Shown: positions 13,995-26,671 of the stretch, one piece after another | How the letters are laid out: each line of letters starts with the position of its first letter | How positions within the stretch are numbered: the first letter of the stretch is position 1 | NCBI GenBank assembly: GCA_951406725.2 | Contig: OX597824.1 | Span: 48,050,001-48,114,000, forward strand | Length of the DNA: 64,000 bases | From: Octopus vulgaris | Taxonomy: Eukaryota | Reading direction: 5' to 3' | The notes under the pieces: generated by a model | What the model was told of the DNA's origin: nothing | Database searches by the model: none | What the model saw: the letters and a program-made list of their open reading frames with translations, nothing else | Position numbers and translations under genes: made by a program

Positions 13995-14490
13995 GTATGT
14001 GTGTGTGTGTGTGTGTATATGTTTGTGTGTCTGTGTTTGTCCCCCCAACATCGCTTGACAATTGATGCTGGTGTGTTTACGTCCCAGTAACTTAGCGGTT
14101 CGGCAAAAGAGACCGATAGAATAAGTACTAGGCTTACAAAGAATAAGTCCTGGGGTCGATTTGCTCAATTAAAGGTGGTGCTCCAGCATGGCCACAGTCA
14201 AATGACTGAAACAAGTAAAAGAGTAAAGAGTATAAAGAGAAAATTTTGTATGTATACATACAGTTGATGTTCTGGTAATCTGATGAGCTAGCTTTCTCTA
14301 TTTAATGAATCATGAATGTACAATTGTATTGTGTAATGCATAGCATGCATATTAGTGCAGACATATAAACATAATTTACTATACATGGAAATTATTATTA
14401 CATGATGAAGGTTGCGAAACAGCTGTAATCCTATGCATGTCAAATGGTTAAATATATTCACCTCTCATATATCCTAACATTTTATGGTTT
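13415..14490. repeat. Inverted pair of Penelope-type terminal-repeat relics (13415-13580 and 14330-14490) flanking a SINE
   Basis: Arms are diverged reverse complements. The right copy carries hammerhead boxes CTGATGA (14280) and GAAACAGCTGTAA (14416). Confidence 0.6.
13742..14230 (+). mobile_element. Near full-length tRNA-derived SINE (family A) with internal (TA/TG)n
   Basis: A-box TGGCTGTATGGT, B-box GGTTCAGTCCC, internal microsatellite, LINE-like tail GGTGCTCCAGCATGGCC.CAGTCAAATGACTGAAAC + (GTAAAAGA)n. Many further fragments, e.g. ~700-900, 9330-9425, 22040-22200, 24200-24300, 30810-30930. Confidence 0.92.
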
Positions 14491-14494
14491 ATAA

Positions 14495-14546
<52 letters not shown>

Positions 14547-15005
14547 TGAAAAATTGAAGTTGAGAAGAAGCTTATACCTTTGGGGTGGTACCTCAGGATG
14601 ACCACTGTCCAATAAGTGAAATCAAGAAAACTATATGCAAGGCATACAAGAAATACTAATATTTTCATGTGATGAATGCCTATCACACACACACACACAA
14701 AAGAAAATAATATTTTGGTTGAGAAAAGTTTTGATTCTATTCTCTGAAATAAGGAAAGGAAAAAGTTTTTAATATTTAACTTTTTAAAAACTACTTAGAA
14801 TGCAACTGTCTTCACATTGGCATTTTGCCAATCTGCATGCATGAACAGGCACACAACACCAACAGCTCTTCAATAAAACTGATTTTTGTTTAACAAAAAT
14901 AAAAATGTATAATATACACATATGTATATATATGTGCATATTGATGTTACTGATGAATACAGAACATGTATTCACTCAAACAATTTACTGTACATCAAAC
15001 TGTAC

Positions 15006-15023
15006 CAGATGGTGAGATATTAC
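15006..15023 (-). CDS. Candidate 18-nt microexon, or AG|GT recursive splice site
   Basis: CTTCTTTTATTTATTAG|GT AAT ATC TCA CCA TCT G|GTACAG. Phase 1-1, encodes xNISPS. The donor is weak. Confidence 0.3.
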
Positions 15024-16756
15024 CTAATAAATAAAAGAAGTTTGGAGAAATAGCCAACATGTTGAACATACAGATACACACAAGGAATAGATTTTTTTTC
15101 CTTTCAATAAAATACACAAAGCTTAAGTCTGTGGAGATGCCATTCTTCATCTCTTGTCTCTGTTGAAAGCGATGTACAAAAGCAACTACAGTTTCAGAGA
15201 AATAAGCAAAGACATGTTTAGAATATAATGGCAAAGATTTATATAAGTGGAATTTAAAAAGAAAAGATATCCTTAAATATTGCAAAAACGTACATTATTG
15301 GAGGACAATTTCTATTTAATTAAAAACTTTTGAAAATGTATGGAATTTTAGATAATTTCTCTATTAAATAATGTATCCTGCATAAGTAATATTTTCTTCA
15401 GAAAGCATTGCATTCCTCATTGTATGATACTGAAATGAGCAAAATTTAATCGGTAATTCTTAAAAGCTTTTCTTAAGACTTTCTGAATTTCCAGTACCAC
15501 TAAGTACAGGGTAGGTTTCAAAACTGACAATTGCGTGATGCAAACAATGACAGAAAGTGACTCAATGGTTAGGTGCTGGAGTAGGATGTAATTCACTGAG
15601 GACTCAATAACTTACAGTCCCAAATTGAAATCCTGCTGAAGTTACTCTGCCTGTACCATCATCTGTGGTAAAATTTTTCTAGCATAAAACTATCAAAAAA
15701 AAAAAAAACCAATCCATAATTAGACATATTGTCTTTGGGGGTTGTTCCAACACAAGATTGGTATCAGTGATAATAGTTTCATCAGAGCTGATTGGGTAAA
15801 AGACAAAACAAAATCAAAACTGAAACATCAAACAAGAAGCTTAGACATCTTATCCTTATACTTTAGAGGATAATCAATGTAATTTCTATTAATCAAAGGT
15901 TGAAGATTTCAGCAGTTGTTAGTTTAAAATATTCTTCATTTCCTTTAAAAAAAAAAAATCTTTATTCACAACTACGCAGATTAAATGGTGAGTAACTTTA
16001 ATTTGAAATGACAGTAGATAAGTATATATTATTTTTAGCTTATTGTATCTAAGAAACTATCAATAACTTTCTATAAAAGGGCAATAAAAAGAAAGAAATG
16101 ATAATGAAGCGTGTAAAATTTATTCAGGGCGCATATATGCAAAAAACTGAGTTAATTTCTTTTGTTTAATAGTATGCATGCATGCATACTAACGTGCAAA
16201 TATCTATGTGTGTAGAAGTTGTCAACACATCGAAATAAAACAGCACATGTATTATTCATAGTTCTGGATTGCTGCAATTTAGGTGGCATTAGAATAAACA
16301 CAGACATAAATGTGTAAACAGATTGAAAAGGATTTGTTTCAAACATTGAAGCTTAGTTAGATCTGTTTATAGAGCAAGACCTACATTCAGAAGTTTCTAT
16401 TTTAGCTGACCTTGGAAGAGCAGAGGATAATTGACTAGGGCAGATTTCAGAAGTAACATACTTCTGAGTGGTAAGATCTAAGCAACTAATAAATTGTAAC
16501 TGAAAGAAAAACTAAGACATTGAACAAAACAACATTTGAACTGAGAAAGCACAACAAGTCAAGGAGAAATGAAGAAATTATTCCACATTATCAATAAGCT
16601 ACACAATAACAATCACAAAGTCTGTGGCAGAGGACTGAGAGTACGGTAAAGTAGGTGCTTTCCAGGAAGTTAGAAATAGCAGTAAGAAAGAAGATGAAGG
16701 CCAACAAAGATAGGGCTCAGCAAGTTTAATATGTTGAAACAGTAGAAATCGCTTAC

Positions 16757-16834
16757 AGCTTGATTTATTAAGCCATGCCTTAGAGACATGGGAAGCTTTC
16801 TTTCCTGAGTCCGCAGTATTCACTTTATTATTAT
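16757..16834 (-). CDS. ATP2B: Candidate PMCA splice-site-A cassette exon (78 nt)
   Basis: TTTGAATTTCAG|AT AAT AAT AAA GTG...TCA AGC T|GTAAGC. Symmetric phase 1-1 and open in the PMCA frame: (D)NNKVNTADSGKKASHVSKAWLNKSS. Lies in repeat-poor intron sequence. Confidence 0.5.
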
Positions 16835-18752
16835 CTGAAATTCAAATGGTGAAATACCACCAATGATTAAACAGATGGCAACACATATATGTGCAAGTAG
16901 GCTAAGAGCACCTTGGTTAAATACTAAATTATGAAGCTTCAACAAACTATTTACAAATAGGAGAAACTGAAAGTTTCTGATATATTTACTTCTTTGCAAA
17001 AAATGCAATCACAAATGGAGCTGAAAGAATATGTTATAAAACATTAAACAAAGTTTACTGAAATATTAGAAAGTCTTCCAAATCTATTGAATAAAACAGT
17101 AGGAAAACTTTTGTGTTATTCTTATAATAATTATGAGTAAGTGTCATATTTTATTTCTAATTAGAATATTTATGATATCTAAACTTGCTAGAAAAACTTT
17201 TTTTTTTTTTGAAATTAAAAAAAAAAAGCATTTTGTATAAAATTTTTATGCATCTACTTAGATTTTCTTCTAAGTATAAAACTGAATTTTTTGATTGGTG
17301 GTGGTGGGGGTACTTTTAGAATTAACAAACTATTTTAATTGTAATTTTATGATAGAGCCTGAACAACTGAGTTTGATTTAGAAGAATAGACACCAAAACT
17401 AGAACATGATAAATTGTTTTTATATAGATCATTCCTCAAAATTGATTTCACTGAATTAATAACAAGTGAAATTAGACTAACAAGCCAGGCTTATATCGTT
17501 GCACTTTCACAGCTTCCTACCTAAAAATAGCCTCCAAGTAACGCAACAAAAGGGGGAAAGGGGAGTGAAGTATACCTGTAGAACAGGAAAATGAAAGTAC
17601 ATTTGGACAAACGCTGAAAAAGGAACATAAAAGACATACGACAAAACAAAACAAAATATACATATACACATAAAACTAAAGCCATACGACAGAACTGTCA
17701 ATGGAAAAACTAAAACCAACCAAAAATTATCATATTTACATCTGATTTGACATGTTCGGACAAAATAAAAAAAAAATTGTTTCTAAATTTAAAACAGAAG
17801 GCACTGGTTTTAAATTAAGCTAAACCTTTGGGGATTAGATTTATAAAAATAAAAATGCTGCCTAGTGTGTTGTTTATGAATACAATAAAAATGTATGTAT
17901 TTTAAAATAATATTATATAAGTCTTAACATAAAATAACGAAAAATATACACTGTAATGAGGAAAGAAAGTAACTTAGACCACAAAAAAAAAAAAAGGGAA
18001 AATGTTTAGTATATAACGAAATTAGTGTTTAATACTTACAGATAAAAAATGATGACATACAAATGTAAATTCATGCTCAAATAAAACAAAAATATATTAA
18101 AATTTTTGGTGAACACAAAAAAGTGGGAAAAAAAACAAAGGTTGCAAACTAAGAGAAGTGTTGAAGGGATAAGTGTTTAAAAGTCCAGACTGTCTTTGTT
18201 TAAAAGGGTATCTTGTAAAGGAAGGGTTATATCAGTACAGGAAGGTAAGGAAAAACTGGTGGTAGAGAAAAACAAAGTGAAGATAAAGAAATGAAAGCAA
18301 GAACACAAAATAAAGTGAGATGTTAAAATGGAGTATTATCTGAAATTGTTCTTTAACAACAACTATTGGTTTTAGCACTATCCTGTATAGAAGCTAAGTG
18401 AGCATCAGAAAACCATTGCCACCAAAGTAGTGTGTTATAGCTAGTGTTGGCCACAGTGTCTTAATATCGAATTACTTGAGGACATAAATGTGGTATCATG
18501 CAATGAAGCTCAGAAGTCAAGGAATGGGTCAGGAATATTAGATAAATAAGGAAGCAACAGGGTGCAGGACACGATTAATGAATGATAAAGGGCAATAACA
18601 GTTGTTTAGTTTAGAACAAGGATATCAGATTATGCATTGAAGGAGAAGAGCAAGAGAAAGGGATTGAGTGAGAGATAGTAGATTCAGTTTGAAAAGAAAC
18701 ACCATAATCTGGCCCAAGCATGCCCAAAAACAAAAATTCAAAATACACATAC

Positions 18753-18782
18753 CAATATTCCCCTCTGGCTCATTAGCAAGCA
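18753..18782 (-). CDS. ATP2B: Candidate PMCA splice-site-A short cassette exon (30 nt)
   Basis: TTCTTTCTGTTTTTATTAG|TG CTT GCT AAT GAG CCA GAG GGG AAT ATT G|GTATGT. Strong splice sites, phase 1-1, encodes (V)LANEPEGNI(D). Confidence 0.6.
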
Positions 18783-21700
18783 CTAATAAAAACAGAAAGA
18801 ACAAATTGATATTAACTTAAGACGTAAAGCTGTAGAGTGATTAACCAACAAAATCATGAAAAAAATAGTAAGCTGCTGTAGATTATAAAAGAAATGTAGA
18901 AATTATAAATAAAATATGGAGAATGGTGTGTACACAATTGTTCTTATTAATTCTGGTGCATAAAAATGCAGTAAAATCTTGGTAAACGTTACTCATATCA
19001 AATACTGTTTACAGTTGCAGTTGTTTGGATGGAAGGCAATTTATTTATTTTTTTTTATACAAGTTTTGTATAAAATAGCATCAAGATTTTTCTGCAAATT
19101 GTATCAACAATATAAATATTTACAAATAAATGTGTACACACTGACAAAAATAAAAAGTAATAAACTGAAATGTTTATCAGTACTAGCAACATGGGGCAAT
19201 ACAATGCCTTCATATCCTAAAAAGAAAAGTAAAAAAAAAACAACAAAAAAACCCCCCAAAAATACAAACAAAAATAAAAAATAAAAATACACCAGTATCA
19301 ACAACACGCCACTTTGGTTTATCATTAGAACTGCTCAGTCATGAATTGATATATAGTTAACTGACCATAATATAGAAAAGGCTGTCTTATTATTTTCACC
19401 ATTGGATTATGTAGATAGTTGATTGGAGAGCTATTAGACATTACATTAAATGGAATAAAAATTTGTGTTTTGTGTAGAACTGAAATTAAATATCAAATCT
19501 TAAAGGTTGTATTAATAAAAAATATAAATATAAAAACTTAATAATTTGGTTGCTTAAATCAACTATCACTAAAGATTAAAGTTTACAAACTGATCATTAC
19601 TAATGAAAGCATGGATTGAATCCCAAGTCGTATGTATGGAATTGGATGAGGTGCATTTTGCAACAGGAAACATTTGTGTGGTTATGAAATGATGATTGCA
19701 CACTAATATTAACTCAACATATGGATTTGTGCATTTCATGCACAGATGGCATGTGAAGCTGATAGAGACAAATATGGCAGCAATAGTGCATGCTGTTCTC
19801 TCTGCAACTGAAACTGGTGTATAGTTCACAAAATTATATACACACACACATATATATACACATAATATTATGTATATATGTGTGAGAGAGCAAAGAAAAA
19901 TATCATGCACTATATAACATTCACGAAAGAAGTATATTTTGATAAAAGTAGATGTGACAAAATGAAATCATGTTTGCAATGCATTAATTTCATGATGATG
20001 ATGAATGCAATGCATTATATACATGTGTGTGTGTGTGTGTACATAGACACACACACACACACAAAATCATAGGGCTCAATGAAGTCATGATGTCTAATCA
20101 CTAAAGGACCATTATCATAAAATTATACTTATACTCAATAAGACCCTTACTAAATAATTTTGAAATAACATTAATAAAAAATTTCACATGCATCATGAAA
20201 ATCTAAATTCTTGTAACAGAGTCACATGCAGCAATCTCTGAAGAAATTGCATAGAGGTAATTGAGGGCAAAATTGATTACGTAAGTATAAACAGGTTCAG
20301 TAAGTTTGGACAAATCTTAAGATGATGAGCTTATCCAGTAGAGTGAACAATAGTCATATAACCAACAGAGTCTATGATAATCATCAAATAAAGACCACAT
20401 CAGTCGAGCAATGTTACCTAAGAGATTTAAGAATATGTCCAGAATTGTTAATATGCCAAAATCCATGTAATTGAGGAAGTGTATGCATACATATACATAC
20501 ACACATATATATATATATATACACACACACAAATATACATAAAGGTACAAGTTTCAACAGATAACTCGTATTTAGAAAATTAAGAAAACTATTGTTTTCT
20601 CTTACAATAAGACTTAATACTGTCTCTGTATATCTTAACTGGTTTACTGACCATAGCAAATATCAACATTGTTATATATATTAATGATCTTTCTTATATT
20701 TCTGTTGCACAGTCTTTTGTTTGAATAATTAAAAAAAAAAACCGATTTATCAAAATAACTTTTTGGAATATAATTTAAAATTTTAATGGAAGGTTTTAAT
20801 TCAGGTAACTTTAAAATAGGAAGTTTGTATCATAGAATCAAGGGGCATCTTAGGTGAGTTGGTATCAGCAGTGACAATATATTTTCATATCAAAAAGCTA
20901 GTCAAATGGGAGCTGTGAATATGTAAATTTGGTGTTTTCAGTCACTGGATACTGTGTTAAAGATTTATCATTCTGCTTGTCAGGAAAATTAAATTTAGCA
21001 AAAATATTTACCATCCAAGTGAGAGCTACTTTTTATTTAATATGAATTCACCAACAGTATGTTTTAAAGGAAAATATTTTATTGTGTAACAGCAGGTTGT
21101 TAGGTAAGAGTTTTAAGTAGCTGAAATTAACTCCACAATGCAATTCTGTCTGTATGACTTCAAAAATCTTTTACCGAACTGTTATACTCTGTAAGAGAAT
21201 GTCTCAAAGAACAATAATGAAACAGCTTAACCGTATCAGTTTGATTATTCTCACTTCTTATGCATTCTAATTACTCTATTCACTGAACAGAGTACAACGG
21301 ATTAGCTAACATGAAATTTTATAAAACTTCCTTCAAAAGTATTTACTTCTGATGTATTCTTCAGTTACCAACATTTCAGTCAATAATGGTTATTCTCAAC
21401 AATTAGTCAATACAAGGTTGAAAATTCTAGAGAATGAAAGGAATAACATTAATGGCTGTTTGCAGAAAGAATTTTCAAAACTAATGATTCATTTTCTACT
21501 TACTCCTGTTCCTACATAGAAATCAAGGAATGAAAATTTTTAGCTGGAGAAGAAAAAAAATGTTCATCTAAAAAAAAAAAAAAAAAAAAATCAAGCTTCT
21601 TACTTAGAAGCTACTTAAAAATAATGTGCTTGCAAGACTACAGAAAAGAAATTATATATTTCCACTGGATGAATTCTAAATAACCATACTCAAATATTCA

Positions 21701-24539
21701 TGACAAAACCTATACATGTATATAACCAGTATACCTATAGTACAAACAACAGCTAGCTATCTATTCCAGAAGAAAATTTATAAGCATGCTTCCTCCCAAT
21801 CCTTAGATGGTGCTTTGTATATTTTTATCAAGTGTTATAAAAATTCACATTACATTACCCATACATCCACTTTCCCAAGCTTCCTTTATTTATTTTACAT
21901 TTTTATGTGTTGAGCAGATGGACTTTATATCCCTTAAGATGTTTTCATGGAAGACTAGAAACAAAGGACACAACTTGCATGACAATGCCACTTGTTTACA
22001 ACCATTGTGCAAAATAAAGGTGTGTACACATATATATACAATGGGTTTCTTTGAGTTTTCATCCACCAAATCTACTTGCAAGGCTTTGAATGGACAAGGG
22101 CTATAGTTGAGGAGACCTGTCCAAGTGTCCAAAGTGACAACAAACCCCAAGCCACATGGTTGCAAAGCAAAGTTCTTAACCATACAATCTTACCTCCACA
22201 CACATACATATTACAAAAAAGTAGGTTATTTGAAGCATTGTGAAATAGATAGGAGTGAGTTATAAAATCACAATGCACATTAGAAATAAAAGAGTGAAAG
22301 CAAAAAGTTGAAAAAAACCCCAAAACAAAACATGTCTAATTCTGAATACAGGTAAATGGAACATCACCCTGACCTGTGTAGATATATGAAGGTATGTGGG
22401 GTACTGCAACATACAGACACTGGAAGTGCTAAATTAAATGATTAGTGTTTTGAAATTCTTGCCTGTTGCTGAATGAGTATAAGTTTTAAATGCTTAATGA
22501 CAAGACGTTTTTTCATCGTTGCTTTAATGCTCACTTTTCTATGCTTGCATTGTTCAGACAGAGCTTGTTGAGATATAGTTTTCTACAACTGGATGGTACT
22601 TTTGTTATCAACCCTCACTCGTCTCCAAGCAAGGTAATATTTCAACGAATCCTTTGAACAATGAACAGCTCATTTGCTGGACATATTTTCTTGGAAGACA
22701 GTAAACAAACAACACAGTTTGTATGAATGGAAACTGTTTTCAAAGTGTGTGAAATGTTAAGTCAAGGGGAAGACATTATTCTAACAGTTTCTGTCTACTA
22801 ATTTTACTTACAAGGCATTGGTCAGCCTGCAGCTGTAGAAGATACGGCTGACAATGGGAACGAACCCTTTAGCATTCACATTACTATCAAAGGAAATGTT
22901 TATTTAATTACATAGTTTTGAATTAATCATTCATTACCTCATAGTTTTGAAATTTTGAAGATGTGATTGTTTATTTTTAGAATGACATTTTAGGGTAGAT
23001 GTGAAAGGCTGGATCTGGCTGGTTTGAAGATAAAATGGGTAAAATGTTTGGGCTGGACATGACCAGTTTAAACTACAACGTTCTGAAGTGAAGTTCTTAA
23101 CATTATTATAACTATGCCTAAACAAACACATATGTATGAAAGTACATTCATATATATCATCATTTTAATGTCCAATTTTCAATGATTGCATGGGTTGGAT
23201 GAAGATGTTTTATGAAGCAATATTTTTATGGCCAGATGCCATTTCTGCTGCCAACAAATAGAAGATTTTATTCTTTTAATATTTCATGAGATGTTAGAAG
23301 TAAAAAATCCAAGAGGTACAGGATGTTTTGTTCAAAAGTTGTCATAGGACACCATGTGGAAGGTAAACAATGCCACATACATACAAAACAACACATGTAC
23401 ATTAAGAATGTGGTATTAGTAATGTTTGTATTATAAAGATGCTTCTATTGCACAATCTGGAGATATTCTACTTGTGTACCGTTGCTAACCAATAAATAGG
23501 TTTTATACCATCTGTATATGTTTCAGGCTAGAGATTTTGATTTCATTTGGGAGGTGACTTGAGTGCCTGATATTGGTAAGCTGCATTTACAGTGAAATGC
23601 ATATTTATTGCTCTTGTGTTTGCTTCAAGGGTGATTTTATTTTGATTTGCACTAAAGTATGTTTTTTAACACTTTATGTCTTTAAAGGGGTTTTCCTGGA
23701 CAATAAACTGCAGCTCCTGGCATTTAAACAACATACATCTTAAGCATGTGGTATTGATAATGTTTACATATATGTATTGAAACACTCCTGTCACAACCTG
23801 GGACCATGAAGACTGCTTTAATACAAGAAAGTATGCTAGTCCCTTAATATTTGATATTCAGTATTTCATCTATTCAATAAGACAATCAATACTTCATTTC
23901 ATTTTACTATATATACTATTTATACTTTATATTCTACATTAATATTATAAAGAATATAAATAAAACATAAAAAACAGACAGAGTTGGAATTCCTTTGAAT
24001 AATATATATATATATATATATTATATAATAACGATAATTAGGGGAAAAGTGTAATCTGATCACCGCATCAGCATTTCCTGAAGGAACCTAGTCAATTATA
24101 CTTCAAAAACTGATTAAAAAGGAGAATTTTGCAAATCCATGGAATGATCTGGTAGGCATGTTATAAACCTCAATGAAATTAATTAGATGCAACTATTGTT
24201 GTGTGGTACTTTGGGCAAATGTCTTCTACTATAGTCTTGGGCCAACAAAAGCCTCGTGAGTGGATTTGGTAGACAGAATCAGAAAGATGCCCATTGTGTA
24301 TAAGTAATTCATTTGACTAAAATTCTTAAATGCAATGCTGCAGTCTGATGAATGAGGTAAGTAAAAAGTAAAAGATATATATACACACAGACACTTTCTA
24401 TGTAGTAGTAATAATAATCCATTTTCCACAAATCACATTTTTTGTGACCATAGCCCACATACCTGGGATGATTACAGTTTAATCTATAATATATATGGAT
24501 ATCAGGTGAGTCTTTTTTCATTTCTTCAGGTGATATGGC

Positions 24540-24591
<52 letters not shown>

Positions 24592-24978
24592 TACATACAC
24601 ACACACACAAGAGATTTCCGTAAAGTTTCTGCCAACTAATTTAATTCACAATGTATTGTTGACCCAAGTCTGTAGTAGAAGACACTTGCTTAAGCTGTTG
24701 TTATGAAGGGATTCTATATCTATGACACACATCTGTACCTTAAATAGAACTGAAAATGTAGATTTTTATTTTTGATATGCTTTCACTCATATTTCTAATG
24801 TGAATTATAAATTTCTCAGCTGCTTTATATGTATGAACAAAAATAACACAGAATTGCCAAGGCATAAATTTTGAATTACAAAGACAAAATATACTATGTA
24901 AAATAAATTCTTGATATACTAGTTTCAAATTTTGGCTCAAGGCCAGCAATTTCGAAGGAAGAGTAAGTTGATTACATT

Positions 24979-25215
24979 TAAAGCAGCGAGTTGGCAGAAA
25001 CGTTAGCACGCCGGGCGAAATGCTTAGCGGTGTTTCGTCTGCCATTACGTTTTGAGTTCAAATTCTGCTGAGGCCGACTTTGCCTTTCATCAATTTTTGG
25101 GGTTGAAAAATTAAGTCCCAGTTACGTACTGGGGTCGATATAATCGACTTAATCCGTTTGTCTGTCCTTGTTTGTTCCCCTCTATGTTTAGCCCCTTGTG
25201 GGCAATAAAGAAATA
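24979..25215 (+). mobile_element. Young family-B SINE (Meta-domain-like core) inserted antisense into an older copy of the same family
   Basis: 14-bp TSD AAGTTGATTACATT at 24965-24978 and 25216-25229. B-box GAGTTCAAATTC. Core TTGCCTTTCATC...GGGGTTGAAAAATTAAGTCCCAG. Flanks 24925-24978 and 25216-25300 match the reverse strand of the same family. Confidence 0.88.
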
Positions 25216-25341
25216 AAGTTGATTACATTGAGTCCAGTGCTCAGCTGCCTACTTATTTTATCAACCCTGAAAAGATGAAAAGCAAAATTGTCCTTAGCAG
25301 AACAGTTCTCTGGAATCTATCTATCTATCTATACACACACA

Positions 25342-26390
25342 CAGGGTATCCTGAAATTAGGGCAACCAAAGTTTTGGGCTTTAATAACTATCAATAAGTG
25401 TGATAAAATCTGAAAATTATACATCATATAAAAGCTTAGTGTCTCTTCTTTTTGTTTCAGACTAAAATTCAGATTTATAGATTAGATAATGGCTATAGAC
25501 CAAAATACAATCATAACCTTCCACAAAGGAGGTGAAAGTAACACAACTATAGTAAAAAAACTTAAAATTAACTGAACAACAGTCTGTCAAAAAATTTCAA
25601 GAGACTAGTTCCACAACTGATTGACCTGGACATGGCTGAAAAAAAAGTGTATGGACCCTTCAGCCTATCAAAAGTACTAGAAAAAAGATATGGTGAAATC
25701 CTCATTATTGTCAGAAAACTGGCTGCCTCAACAAAATAAACTGAACATTGATGTATAGAGTGCTGAAGAAGAATCTCAGGACCCACTTCTACAAGATGAT
25801 CTGCTGTCATGAACACACACAAGTTTATAAGGCCATGAGACTGAAGAGAAGTCATCTTATCTTGTGTCAGATTGAAGGTATGTTGCCCAACTTGGTGTTC
25901 ACTGATGAAAAGAAATTTGACATTGAACAGACAGTAAACCACCAGAATGACCGACTTTGGAGTGTATCAGGCTCCGTCAAGGGTAGACTTGTAAATTGAT
26001 GCTGAAATCCACAGTCAGTTATAGTTTAGGTGGCTGTGACAGCCACTGGAAGGTCTCCCCTTGTTTTTGTGTCCTTGGGTGTTAAAATTAACACCCAGCG
26101 ATACATTAGCAACATTCTGGAAGCTGAAGCACTTCCATGAGCAAATGAACACTTTCAAGATGCACCTTGGAGGCTCCAACAGGACACAGCAACACTCCAC
26201 AGTTCTACAAACAGACAGACACAACACTAGATTCAGAAAAACATTGTCATTCACAGGTCACAGGCAAGGATGTATGGCCTTCAAGAAGCGCCAGTCTCAT
26301 CTTATTGGATTTTTCTGTTTGGTTCATTTTAGAGATGAGGGTCTTGAGCACTCTTGATGCTTCATTTGATGTACTGAAGGCAAAACTGTG
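25342..26390 (+). mobile_element. Degenerate Tc1/mariner-superfamily transposon (maT/DD37D-like)
   Basis: Motifs VFTDEKKFDIEQTVNHQNDR, QQDTATLH and WPSRSASLILLDFSVW (SPDLNPLDF-like) with stops and frameshifts. Left end CAGGGTATCC. Exact D-D spacing cannot be counted through the frameshift. Confidence 0.85.
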
Positions 26391-26632
26391 CCAGACACTT
26401 TATTTCACGTTGCTCCAGTTAACTCAGCTGTAGAAATGAGTTGCGACATCACAGGTGCTAAGCTGTATTGGCTGCTGCCTTTCCCTTGGATAACACTGGA
26501 GGCGTAGAGAGGGGAGGCCGGTATGCATGGGCGACTGCTGGTCTTCCATAAACCACCTTGCCCAGTCTTGTGACTAGGAGGGTAACTTTCTAGGTGCAAT
26601 CCCATGGTCAGTGTCGTGACCGAAGGGGGTCC

Positions 26633-26633
<1 letters not shown>
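26390..26633 (+). mobile_element. 5'-truncated SINE (family C-like core)
   Basis: ACACTTTATTTCACGTTGCTCCAGTTAACTCAGCTGTAGAAATGAGT core and GC-rich tail ending in (AT)n. Confidence 0.6.

Positions 26634-26671
<38 letters not shown>

Noticed and set aside
15616-15662. AG...GTAAGT-bounded 47-nt candidate exon
   Set aside because: Not a multiple of 3; the upstream acceptor giving 63 nt introduces an in-frame TGA.
17521-17575. Strong acceptor TTTTCCTGTTCTACAG|GTATAC, candidate exon or recursive site
   Set aside because: A 55-nt exon would shift the frame, and GTATAC is a poor regenerated donor; not supportable without RNA data.
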